Below are positions 1 through 10,736 of a stretch of DNA of 40,411 nt, piece after piece (the stretch's first letter is position 1; the number at the start of each line of letters is the position of its first letter). The stretch spans positions 240,972 through 281,382 of the forward strand of contig WELB01000027.1 in NCBI GenBank assembly GCA_009602725.1, in the 5' to 3' direction. This stretch comes from Spirogloea muscicola. Lineage: Eukaryota. The notes below the pieces were generated by a model. The model was not told where the DNA came from. It worked only from the letters and a program-made list of their open reading frames with translations, and did no database searches. The position numbers and the translations under genes were made by a program.

Positions 1-1140
1 TTCCGGCCCTTTGGACCTTGTTCATTCTGGGCTGGCCATTCACAGCCCCTTTTTTTTGGAAAGAAAGTGGCTCTCCCAATTAGGGCTGTGAAAAGCCAGC
101 CCGAAAAGAATTGACAAAGGTTCGAAGGGGCTAACTGACGGAGGAGCCTAAAAGCGCTAAGGCAGAACGGCTGTAGGATGGACCACTTGGTAGCTACGAG
201 TGAGGAGACTCGAATCTTTCAAATCTGACAGACTAGCAGCCGGAAACAATCCCCCTGCCGAAAGCCAGAGGCTGCAGCGAGAGCACGGCCAGCACGCAGA
301 CTCAAGGCGTGGGCCATGGACCGCTGGAGGGACATTGACGGACGCATGCGATAAACCTGGGCGAAGTCAGCCGGCTCACCTCGCCTGCGGGACACATCGC
401 GGCGCGCAAGCCTGGCTAGCGCAGGTCGAGCCACTGGGACCCAGCCCCGTGCACATCCACGCCCCCCTTCGGAAAGAGCTCACCTCTTTCTGGGTCTTTC
501 AATTCATGCGCCCCGCGCGCCTTCTCTCTCTTTCTGGGTGACGGCATGGAGGTGGTCACGGCGGCAAGCGGCGGCCAGGTGACGGTACGCCCTGCCCCAC
601 GGTGGACCCGCGGCCGCGCCCGGGGCCGGCGCCACCAGGAGCTGCCCTGGCGCCTGCGCGGCCCCTCGGATGGCTTCAATCGGAGGGGGCAATGCTCGCA
701 TGAAGCGCCATCCGTGCGATGCCCGAGATCGAGGGCTTGGCGGCGCCGTGCTGCCGCCACGTGTCGGGCCCCGGCCCGGGCTTGCCCACGAAGCAGCCCG
801 GGCCTCGAGTCATCAGCGCTGTGCCACGGAGGGAGGTGTTCCCGGAAGCAGGGTTGGCGGTGAGCCAAATGAACCCCCGGCACCCAAGATCGGTGAGCGA
901 ATGCCGCTTCGAGCCCATTCCCCCAATGGGGCTTGCCGCTCCACTTGGCCACTCGGGCCCTCCATCTGCTGTTGCTCACACGTGGATACTGAGCAGCCAT
1001 CTGCATCTCCCTCTGCACCATCTTGCACTTTGTAGTGTAGTCCTTTTTCAGCACCTCTTTCTTTGGCTTTGAACATTGTCCATTCTTTTTGGGTTGGCTT
1101 TGCCAGCCCCTCTTCTCAATGGGCGAGCACCTTCTTCCAT
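1..1140. mobile_element. Cluster of degenerate/nested RLE retrotransposon fragments
   Basis: Minus copy ~61-470 (GVDVHGAGSQWLDL..LARLARR..QVYRMR..SLQRSMAHALSLRAGRALAAASGFRQGD, plus 3'UTR module at 61-131). Plus-strand 3'UTR modules at 1-60, ~470-535 and 1062-1139. Degenerate GC-rich sequence in between. Confidence 0.78.
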
Positions 1141-1304
1141 CAATCAATTCAGTCACACACGCCATCGCTCCAGCCCCCGCCTGTCCGTGAGTGTCAGCCT
1201 GCGCCTCCTTCCACCCCCTCCATTCAATCCATCGCCCCGTCCTCCACCCACGGCCACTCTCGCCGCGGCGCCCGCTCCGCGCTTGCCGCAGCTCCGCGCC
1301 GCCT

Positions 1305-1338
<34 letters not shown>

Positions 1339-1817
1339 GCAGCGCTCTCACAGGCGGCTTGTCCGGCGGGCAGTTTCAGCGCCTCTTAGCCGCGCCTCAC
1401 CGCCTCTCGCCGGTTCGGCGGCGCATCGCGTGCGCCTCTGACGCCATCCACGGCCGAGCGCGTCGGTCACTCTGTCAAGCGCTGAGTTCCGGGCTGCGTG
1501 AGGCTCGTGAGACTGCAGCTTAAGCGGCTCCAACAACCAGTGGTACAATCAGTGGGACAATCAGGCAAGTCAGCTAGTGAGGATGTCGTTCTGCAGCAGG
1601 GATGGCAGGACTTGACCATATCATAAAGGTCTCCAGTTTCAGTAACGTCCGAGACTTTGCAACGGTGCAGTGGCAGCGGCAAGCTCGCATATATATAACC
1701 TGATCATTCTGACCTGCTGGTTCCAGCGTAACAAGCTATACTGGGTATTCTTGCTGATGCCTTGTTGTAGCAGTTGCACTGATGTCAGTACTGCTCGTGC
1801 AGGACGTTTGTGCCACC

Positions 1818-3663
1818 ATGGTGCTGTTTCGACAGATCTCAAGAAGGCTGAGCGGAGTGGAAGAGCTTCTGACTCCAGAAGAGGATGCAGTAAAGGTAGC
1901 ACTTCTGACTAGGTTCTGGTCTACAGCAGCCAGTGTGGGTTGAGTGTTGTCAACGTCAGGCTGTCGTTTTGGCATCCTTGGTACTTCTTCTTGCTTCTCT
2001 ATCAGATAAAAGTCTGTGTTGCTGCACGTGTCTCTCAGCCAATGGCTATCACTGGGGTGTTTCTCATCTTCATGTTGCCGGATGTGGTCTGGAGGAGTCT
2101 GCAAACACGCAATGTAGTTGGGCTTTCACTACACTTCTCTTCCCTCATCCTCACCCTGCTGCCGGCCCTCGTTCAGCTCTCACTCGAAATACAAGCTTCT
2201 GTGCTACTCGTTCACCTCACAGGTCCGGGAGCTCCGAGCTGCCTTGGGGCCTCTGGATGAGAAGCAGACTATCTACTGCACAGATGGTTGTCTCCGGCGC
2301 TATTTGAAGGCTCGAAATTGGAATGTGAAGAAGGCCGAGAAGATGCTGAAAGATACGTTGAAATGGCGTCAGAAGTTCAAGCCTGAAGAAATCAAATGGG
2401 TGTGTTCTCTTGTCTTGGGCTTCTTTTGGGCAGTCATCTTTGTCCGTGTCTGCAGATACTTCAAACATTAACAAGGGAAGGTGGTGATGTAAGCCAGAAG
2501 CATGTCAGTCGTTCTCATTTGCTCTAATTGATGCTCACATTCCTCCAGCTCCTACTGAGCAGGAGGATGTTGCACACGAAGGAGAAACGGCAAAGCTTTA
2601 CAAAGCTGACTTTCTTGACCGCAAGGGGCACAGCGTCCTTGTCATGTGCCCTGGAAGACAGGTCAGTAACCTAGTCAAGCATGTCATTGTCATCCTCTTA
2701 ACCTTTTCTGTCAGAGACAGGCTTGTTTCTGACGGGCTTGTTTCTGACAGGAGGCACGTCTCTCAGTTTAGTCCCCTGCTTCTTCAAACAGGCTGGACCT
2801 TGCCCAGAGAGTTGATGTTCTCCTGTCACATGCCATCTTCCTTCGCTTTTGGAGAATCTGACTAGTCTCATCCAATTCCGCTGATTCAGCTTGTGCTAGT
2901 CTTTTACCCGCAGAACACCAACGAGCACAACAGTCAGATGAGGCATCTTGTGTATTGCCTGGAGAATGCAGTCATATCGCTTCCACCAGACCAAGAGCAG
3001 ATGGTGTGGCTTGTGGACTTCCAAGGCTGGACTTACAGGAGCTCTCCTCCAATGAAGAGTGCCAGGGAGACTCTCAACATCCTCCAGAACCACTACCCGG
3101 AGAGGCTGGGCTTGGCTATCTGCTACAATCCTCCTAGAGTCTTTGAGGCCTTCTGGAGTGTGAGTTCTTGCCCAAGTATCTGCTCAGATGCTCATTGATG
3201 ACTAAATGCATATTTCCAAAAATTTGCGATAGCTGCCTTGAGCACACTGAGCAGCTTCTCACATCAGTAGTGCACACAGCAGCCAGCAGTGCGCTCACAG
3301 CTGCTTACGAATAGAGCTCAACACTATATCTTGTATACTGTTTGCACTCACTGGCAGATGATTAGACCGTTCATAGACAGCAAGACTGCAAAGAAGGTTC
3401 GTTTCATTTATGCCAAAGGTTCGCAAAGTACAAGGCTACTGGAGGAATTGTTTGACCTCAACAAGTTGGATCAGCAGTTTGGAGGTAAGAAGCCATGGTC
3501 GTATGACCACGAGGCTTACGGCAAGCTGCGGAAGCAGGACGACCTAAAGCAGGCGGAGCACTGGCACTTGCCGGCCGGAAGGGGCCTGCAGGAGCACGCA
3601 GGTGGGGTGGCCAATGAGGGCAAAGGTTATTATGCAAGCGGCCACGCAAGCATCACCACATGA
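1818..3663 (+). CDS. Sec14/CRAL-TRIO lipid-binding protein (plant SFH / random slug protein 5-like), ~301 aa, 5 coding exons
   Basis: Exons 1818-1895, 2223-2399, 2563-2661, 2914-3159 and 3358-3663 join in frame over GT-AG introns. Motifs: DGCLRRYLKARNWNVKKAEKMLKDTLKWR (CRAL-TRIO N), EGETAKLY, EQMVWLVDFQGW, LQNHYPERLG, FWSMIRPFIDSKTAKKV, FGGK. ATG context is ccaccATGG. Confidence 0.92.
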
Positions 3664-4487
3664 TGCCCAAGCATGAGGTTCTGGAGCTAAGCGGCCGTTT
3701 CCACCGGCATGCCACTTTTCGCAACCACAAACTGCTGCAATCCTGAGAAGAGGCTGCCTACTTGCGCCTGCCTTCCGTGATGTGACAGACATATGATTGA
3801 GGGGGCTTTACTGGGTGCACTTAGACAGCCTATGCCTCTGCATTCGCCACGCTGGCACTTGCAGCCGTGATGGTTGTATATCTATGTCTTGAACTCCTGC
3901 CCATTAAACTGCATAACTGCAGTGCTACGAATTCATTCATTTCGTATTCCTGATAGTTATCCCAAAACTTTGACCAACTAACTAACTATCAGTACCTTGG
4001 ATCAATTTACGATTCTCCAAAGTTCACTGCGCAACTTGAGGAATGTGCATATGTGCAATATAACAATGTATTACTGGCAGGAAAGATGATATAGAACCCA
4101 GTCTCGTTTGGTGTCCTGGCAAAATAGATTCTGCTGCAGGAGCACAACCACTTCCTGCCACAGCTTTTACAGCAGAGGTGCTGACTGACCACTGCAATAG
4201 CAGTGGATACAAGCAACTGATTCACTACTGCCGATGGCGATTCGACTCGAACAGTCACAAGGCATTGACAGTGTGCCAGCTATACCAAGATCAGCAATCA
4301 ACATAGTCTAGGCTGGCTGGCTGCACAAACTCCACATTTTTACACTGCTGGTGTCAGTAAAGGTAGATAAAGCCCAATGCCCCTCATGGACAAGCTAGTC
4401 AGCAGCTTCGACTACACACTTTTCAGCATGTCTCCTCCACTAACGTCTGCAGCATCAGCAAGGAGCTCACAGTTGCTCAAGCATTGC

Positions 4488-4718
4488 TCAGGCCTTGCTC
4501 GGCAGCAGTACCTCAGAAGCAACCTTCGATGGGCCGGCACCCTGCTGCTCAACATCCGAAGAGCGGCTCACATCAAGAGAAGCGCCGCCAAGCACGCCAC
4601 TACTGCCGCCTCCTGTCCCCGTCGGACCGGGGATGGACAAGTCCGGCTTGTAGTAGTTGTGGACCACGGCTGCGCCGGCAAGCAGCGACGACAGTGCGAC
4701 GGCGTACGACCGCAGCAT
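4488..4718 (-). CDS. BRAWNIN: BRAWNIN/UQCC6-like (DUF4516) small mitochondrial membrane protein, 76 aa
   Basis: MLRSYAVALSSLLAGAAVVHNYYKPDLSIP matches the family signature: a hydrophobic helix, then AGAxVVHxxYxPDLTIP. ATG context is gcgaccATG. Single coding exon. Confidence 0.75.
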   Translation of the reverse strand: MLRSYAVALSSLLAGAAVVHNYYKPDLSIPGPTGTGGGSSGVLGGASLDVSRSSDVEQQGAGPSKVASEVLLPSKA

Positions 4719-5274
4719 GGTCGCGCTAGCGGCGGCACCAGGGCTCTGATTCTACTGCAGGCCCAAGGAGCCAACGGCAGCCGAGGCCACTGCGGGGCTT
4801 CGACGGGTTGAGCCCACCAGGGTCGCGCCACATGTGGGTTCTTGGGGAATGTCGCCGCCAGCTGCGGCTGCCGCTTCGACACAGTGGCAGCCGTTGGCGC
4901 CGCCGCTGCAGTGCTGCTGCTGCTGCTGGGTGGCCTCGAGTACGTAAGGCTGGTTGCTCTTCACGAAGCAATTGCTGCTCGGACGAGCCCGGCCCCAGTG
5001 CTCACTTCGCCGGCGTCGTCACCACCGCCAGCTTCCGGTTGCGGACGATGCACCGAGGAGCCGCCACCGCCGCCGCCGCCACCGTCGTGCCGTAATTTCC
5101 GCAAGCCTCGCCCTGGCCCAAGCCTGCCTCCACGACTGTGCTCCGCGCCGCTGCGCGCTGGACGGCGCTCCACCACGCCCGCCTCTCGAGGTCTCTAGTT
5201 GAGACCCCTAATCTCCAGAATCTAGACCTCAAACCCCTAATCCCCAGAATCTAGAATTCTCATCTGTTTCAAAC

Positions 5275-6550
5275 AGAAGAGAGAAGGCGCGCGGTGCGCA
5301 TGAAATTAAAGAACAGAAGAGGAGAGGTGCTCTACTACAGAAGAAAAGCGCGGCCGAATTGACTGGTGGCTGGGAGAAGCCAGCCCAAAGAGAGAAAAGC
5401 GCGGCCGAATTGTCTGGTGGCTGGGAGAAGCCAGCCCAAAAGGAGTGGACAAGGTCAAGAAGAAGAAGGCTCGCCCATAAAGAAAGAGGGGCTGGCAAAG
5501 CCAGCCCAAAAAGAATGGACAATGTCCAAAGCCGAAGAATGAGAAGCCGAGGAAGGACTCCTCTACTCTACCAGTCACGACAACATACTAGGGAAGCTCA
5601 GTAACCGCGAGTGAGCAACATCAGAGGAGCCGAATCGGGCGATGGTCGAGAAGGGCCCTTCTCCCTTTGCGATTCTTCTCAGGCTGGCTGTTCACAGCCG
5701 TCGCCCCCTTTGGGAGAGCCACTGTCTTTCCTTGGCTAGTCACTCTTTGCAGCCACTGTTTTCCTTCTTCATCTCCATCTGGAAGAGCCCGCTGTGAAAC
5801 AGCTGCTTCTTGGAAGTGCCTTCTCCCTTGACTTGTCGACAGTTGTGAGTTGACTTGGGGTGCCGAGCTCATGAACGTCGAAGAAGCTGACGAGGGCAAG
5901 CTCGGTCGTGGTGATAGTAATAATAACAATAATCGTCGTATTATTCGTCTGCGGTCCGTGCCGGTCTGGCACTTGTGAGGCGTACCCCCTTGCGCCAACG
6001 CCACACATGCTAGGGCCCACCTTGCGATGGAGAACTTGAAGTCTGTCTAGGCGACGCTGCTGATGACGAACAAGCCTGCAAGGCCTCGACACCATTACAC
6101 CAAGGCCGACCCCGTTTGGCTATTCCGTGTTGCCCTGCCAGCGATGAGCCTGGCATCAGAAGGCGCAGCTGCCAAGCTCGTCAGTTGCAGCCACCGTTGC
6201 CCCAAGTCTCTCCATCTTGCCAGAGGATTTGCACGTGGCCACCATGCGAGCCATGACACTGGCCCACCTCTTAGTGATACTCCTTCACGATTCGAAGCCT
6301 CTACTGCAGCCACCTTCCCATTTTGCACGCAAGTGGGTGATGTTTGAGCTCAACGATGGTCTGGCCCGGCAGCAATCAGAAATATTGTGCACTAACAGAG
6401 CCTCGATGTCAATAACAAGAGCGTGCTCTTCCATGAACCAATAGGCAGGGATCATGGTCCGGCATCTCTTAGCCTCCAAGTTGTGAGCCGGTGGCAGATT
6501 ATCAGGAGCTAGTTGGCACCCCACGCGGGTTGTGGTTGCCTCCTACTCAC
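5275..6550. mobile_element. Cluster of RLE retrotransposon 3' ends, including a head-to-tail stack on the minus strand
   Basis: Minus strand: ORF-end sequence ~5598-5625, then modules at 5459-5535, 5391-5458, 5340-5390 and 5277-5320. Plus module at 5670-5730. A very degenerate RLE-like remnant lies at ~6000-6450 on the minus strand (LVIDI, LGQRWLQL). Confidence 0.72.
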
Positions 6551-7203
6551 GCTACAGCACGGTTAACCATATGGGCCCAAAATGACTGCACGTCTGTCGC
6601 AGACAGGACGCTTACAATCTCTCTGTAGGACTGTCTAGCACGTGCAGGGTGTCCCCTCGGATATTCTCCACTACAAGGTCTTCAGTGTGCCGAAGTGGCC
6701 ACCTGAATGAAGAGCCGGGCAATGGTAGCTGACAGACCATAGATTGCCTGAGCTTTCATTCCTGCAAGTATTGAGTTATGAACCCACGTAACTGCAGCTC
6801 CAGAAGAAAATAACATTGCAGTGTTCAAAATTGAATCACCTCAATTCTTTTAGGGGGGCCAAATAGCTTCAATCTTCACAGAAGGGGATAAAAGATAATG
6901 GAAACTCGTTTTAAAAAGACACTAAAAAGAACATGACCTCAGAAATAGTAATTAGGATTATACCATAACAAAGGCCGTGCTGTACAACAGATGTATGGTG
7001 ACCTTCATAAGTAGATTCACTAATCACATCACGCCACCATACAGACATAGTTTACAGAATCATTGCAGTACCAAAGCTTAAAAGCATACAGCCTCCTTGC
7101 AATGAATGCATATATATTACACCACCAGAGCTGGACAGAATGAACCTTAATATCATCGTCATCACATGTGGTCAGCTAGTTTCCAAACCTGCAAGTTGGT
7201 CGC

Positions 7204-7254
7204 TGGAGCACTGCTAGAAGTGGAGCACTGCTAGAAGCTGAGCACTGCTAAAAG
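7204..7254. repeat. 17-bp tandem repeat x3 (tggagcactgctagaag) downstream of the AOX stop
   Basis: Seen directly; the third copy carries substitutions. Confidence 0.85.
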
Positions 7255-7560
7255 GTAGACTATCTCGAGAGCAGCAATCTCTCCTTAACAACCAAGCCTT
7301 TATATAAGACGAGGAATACAGGGAATCTTGCTCTGTTCAAACTAACATGCAATATCAAAGAACGCCATGGTGGTCAGAATATACAACCAGCAGAGAGGGC
7401 GCATGCAGAGCCGCTTGCTTGCGGACCGCGGAGCCTCAATGCCGTACTGCATGAAAGAAGTGGATTGCCACATCAGTCTGGGCTGGCTTGGTGCAGGTGC
7501 CGCCACCACCACGACCATGAAGCCCAGCTCTGGCCGTGGGCAGCATCTGCCCTCCACCTC

Positions 7561-10028
7561 CTAGTGGTACTCGAGCGGCGCGGGGTTGTGCCGCAGCTCC
7601 TTGTGCTTCTCCACAACATCCTGGTTGCAGACCAGCCACACACGCGGCACGCACGATCATGAGCTGTTTGCCACCTGGTGGCAGCTGCGCACAGGTGGCA
7701 GCGGCAGCAGCCTCTGCATGCGCACCGCAGCAAAGTGGTTGACGTCGCGGTGGTGTGCCTCGTCTGCACGGATGGTGAGCACAACGTCGCGCAATGTGGC
7801 GTCCTTCGGCAGGCGCCAGTAGTCGCGCGCGATCGCCGGTGCCGGCTCGTTGGCAATGTTGCCATTGTCAAGCTCCTTGAGAAAGTGCGTGTACGACCAT
7901 ATAGCCTCTTCCTCCAGGTACCCAACTATGCGGTGCGCAATGCGCGGGTTGACCAAGTAAGCAAGGAAGTACGCATTGAAGAACACACCCTGCGCAACAA
8001 TGTTCCAGCCATTTCTGCATCAACAGTGTCGTCGGCCGTAGTAGTTGCGGTCTTATATCGGCATTGGTGGCCCCAGGCAGAGCCTCCTTAGTGGCATCAG
8101 GGAAGGAGCAGAGTCGGAGCGGGAGGGTGAGGAAGGTGAAGGTCCGCAAGAAGCGCAGAGAGGGAGTGGGAGCAAGTGGGAGGAGAGGAGGGAGGCGGGG
8201 AGGAGGGACGCTGCTCGAAGGAGGGAGAGAGCAAAGCACAGGACGGATGGGGTTTGAAGAGGCTCTAGGGAAGGTGGTGCGAGTCGCACCTGGACGGCTA
8301 TAACGAGAGCGCGCTCATACCACTTGGGCTGCACCACCTCCATGAACGTCATGAGGTGCATGCGCTCGTTCTCGGCCTCGGCGAGCAGGCAGCGGATCCA
8401 GCCGCCGCTGTGCTCGAACCGCCGCAAGGACTGCAGGTGCAGCAGCATGCCGCCCACCATGCCAGGCACAGCAGCCACTGTCTCCAGCATGACCGCCCGG
8501 CAGCCGTACCTCTTCTGCACGAGCGAGCCAGCGAGCGCAAAGCATTAGCAAGGGCCGGGCAAGGCAGACCATGGTTGGATGAGGGAGAGAATAAAGGAAT
8601 CTGCATCATCACTCTCATATCAGATCCTGAGTTGGAGTTTCGCCTGGAGCCTCAGAGATATTTACTCAAATGCTTGGAAGGACCAGGGTCGTCAACGCGG
8701 CAGAATTGGAGAGGAGGATGGGCACACCCGGAAGAAGATGTCTGTGGGCACGCGCATGAGCTTGACAGCGTGGTACGCAATGCGGTCGCTCAGGTTGGTC
8801 GGCTTGTGGTGCTTCTCCAGATCAATGCCCAGGTTGGCCGAGTACGCGTCTGCCGGCTGCGCACGGCAGAGGGCATGCGAAAAGGGAACGACCAGTAAGA
8901 GAGAGTGGGAGGATGAGGAACTCGAAGTTGTATCACGTGATGGAGGGCCTGAGTGGCCGAGTACAAAGGCAAGCACACTGACAGATGTGCATCACCTGCT
9001 GCCAAGCTGACCCACTCAGCAACCACGAGTCAGCACATAGAGGTCGCTGACCGATGCCCGAATACCAGAAGGAAATGGACAAGCTCTTGTGCCAAGTGGA
9101 GGGGGGGAGTTGTGAGGAGGGGAGGGTGACGAGGGAGAACAGAGGAGAGAGGAGAGAGGAGAGGGGAGAGGGGAGAGAGGAGAGAGGAGAGAGGAGAGAG
9201 GAGAGAGGAGAGAGGAAAGAGGAGAGAGGAAAGAGGAGATAGGAGGGAGGAGAGAGGAGAGAGGAGAGAGGAGAGAGGAGAGAGGAGAGAGGAGAGAGGA
9301 GAGAGGGGAGAGGGGAGAGGGGAGAGGAGAGAGGAGAGAGGGAGGAGGCACCGTGAACGAGTGCCAAGGCCACTCGGAGCCGTCGGCGCGGCGGTGCTTC
9401 TTGGGCGCGATACCCCAGTACTCGGACACGACCGCCTCGCCCGCCGCCTCGCGCGCCGCCAGCGCCGGCCCTGCAGCGGCCCGGGTCACCGACTGCCGCT
9501 CCCGCGCAACCGCCTCGTCTGCGGCGTCGGCGCCGTCGTCCGCCTCCCCGACGGCCTTCGCGGTCGACGTCGACGCCGCCCTGTCCAGTCGCCAGCGCCC
9601 TCGCCGCAATCAATTGGCCAGCGACGATGAGGTCGTCCGCAACGAGAGCACTGGCAGCTGACATTCCCGAGATGGCACCGGAGGGCTGCATGAAGGTAGC
9701 CACCTGGAGCTGAATCTTGCCAGAAGGCTTTCCGAGAGCTTGCTTGGCCGGAACACGGAGGCGGCTGGCCCCGTCCAGCTCGAAGCGCCGTGCTCGGCGG
9801 CGGGAAGGAGAGCGAGCTTCGGCAGCGACCTGCGATGGCAAGCGAGGAGCCGCCACCGGCGAGCAGAGGCGGACGGGCACTCAGCTCGCGTCCTAGCCCC
9901 GGGGGTGGGAGGGAGTCGAGACGAAGCGAGGGAGGAAGGGCAGCGCGGCAAGCCTGCCTGGAGGCGAGCGCCAACAGCGCGCCGGCGGCCGCGGGCGCTG
10001 GGCGCCGGAGCCCCGCGGCAGCGGCGGC
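7561..10028 (-). CDS. AOX: Mitochondrial alternative oxidase (ubiquinol oxidase); start codon lies in the N-gap
   Basis: Exons (minus): >10028-9958 (GC donor, tentative), 9829-9704, 9580-9352, 8856-8728, 8514-8290, 7989-7726, 7620-7561, all phase-compatible. Di-iron motifs LETVA, ERMHL, LEEEA and RADEAHH are intact. C-terminus is PAPLEYH. The N-terminus is Ala/Arg/Ser-rich and transit-peptide-like. Confidence 0.96.
8938..9050 (-). mobile_element. Short retroelement 3'-end fragment inside AOX intron
   Basis: The reverse complement (agcgacctctatgtgctgactcgtggttgctgagtgggtcagcttggcagcaggtgatgcacatctgtcagtgtgcttgcctttgtactcggccactcaggccctccatcac) closely matches 28358-28449 (+). It begins with SDLYVLTRG, the family ORF end. 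Confidence 0.75.
9140..9345. repeat. (GGAGAGA)n heptamer purine microsatellite in AOX intron
   Basis: Seen directly. It forms a pyrimidine-rich tract on the sense strand just after the donor at 9351. Confidence 0.95.
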
Positions 10029-10736
10029 NNNNNNNNNNNNNNNNNNNNNNNNNNNNNNNNNNNNNNNNNNNNNNNNNNNNNNNNNNNNNNNNNNNNNNNN
10101 NNNNNNNNNNNNNNNNNNNNNNNNNNNNNNNNNNNNNNNNNNNNNNNNNNNNNNNNNNNNNNNNNNNNNNNNNNNNNNNNNNNNNNNNNNNNNNNNNNNN
10201 NNNNNNNNNNNNNNNNNNNNNNNNNNNNNNNNNNNNNNNNNNNNNNNNNNNNNNNNNNNNNNNNNNNNNNNNNNNNNNNNNNNNNNNNNNNNNNNNNNNN
10301 NNNNNNNNNNNNNNNNNNNNNNNNNNNNNNNNNNNNNNNNNNNNNNNNNNNNNNNNNNNNNNNNNNNNNNNNNNNNNNNNNNNNNNNNNNNNNNNNNNNN
10401 NNNNNNNNNNNNNNNNNNNNNNNNNNNNNNNNNNNNNNNNNNNNNNNNNNNNNNNNNNNNNNNNNNNNNNNNNNNNNNNNNNNNNNNNNNNNNNNNNNNN
10501 NNNNNNNNNNNNNNNNNNNNNNNNNNNNNNNNNNNNNNNNNNNNNNNNNNNNNNNNNNNNNNNNNNNNNNNNNNNNNNNNNNNNNNNNNNNNNNNNNNNN
10601 NNNNNNNNNNNNNNNNNNNNNNNNNNNNNNNNNNNNNNNNNNNNNNNNNNNNNNNNNNNNNNNNNNNNNNNNNNNNNNNNNNNNNNNNNNNNNNNNNNNN
10701 NNNNNNNNNNNNNNNNNNNNNNNNNNNNNNNNNNNN
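10029..10736. other. Assembly gap (N run)
   Basis: Ns; hides the AOX start. Confidence 1.

Noticed and set aside
28..102. MITE with terminal inverted repeats (gggctggc..cacagccc / gggctgtg..gccagccc)
   Set aside because: Explained by two 3'UTR modules meeting tail-to-tail; no TSD-flanked unit.
61..200. Hammerhead ribozyme / Penelope-like terminal repeat
   Set aside because: No CTGAnGA...GAAA core in the module, and the associated ORF is RLE-type, not GIY-YIG.
416..1351. 311-aa minus ORF as an intact gene
   Set aside because: A mosaic of GCC repeats, 3'UTR modules and degenerate retroelement sequence.
4726..4833. uORF (MWRDPGG..) ending just before the BRAWNIN-like ATG
   Set aside because: Probably inside a 5'UTR intron (donor-like gtgagc near 5005, acceptors near 4745-4755); cannot be supported without transcripts.
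5340..5535. CRISPR-like repeat-spacer array
   Set aside because: Eukaryotic context, irregular spacing, non-identical repeats, no cas genes; these are stacked retroelement ends.
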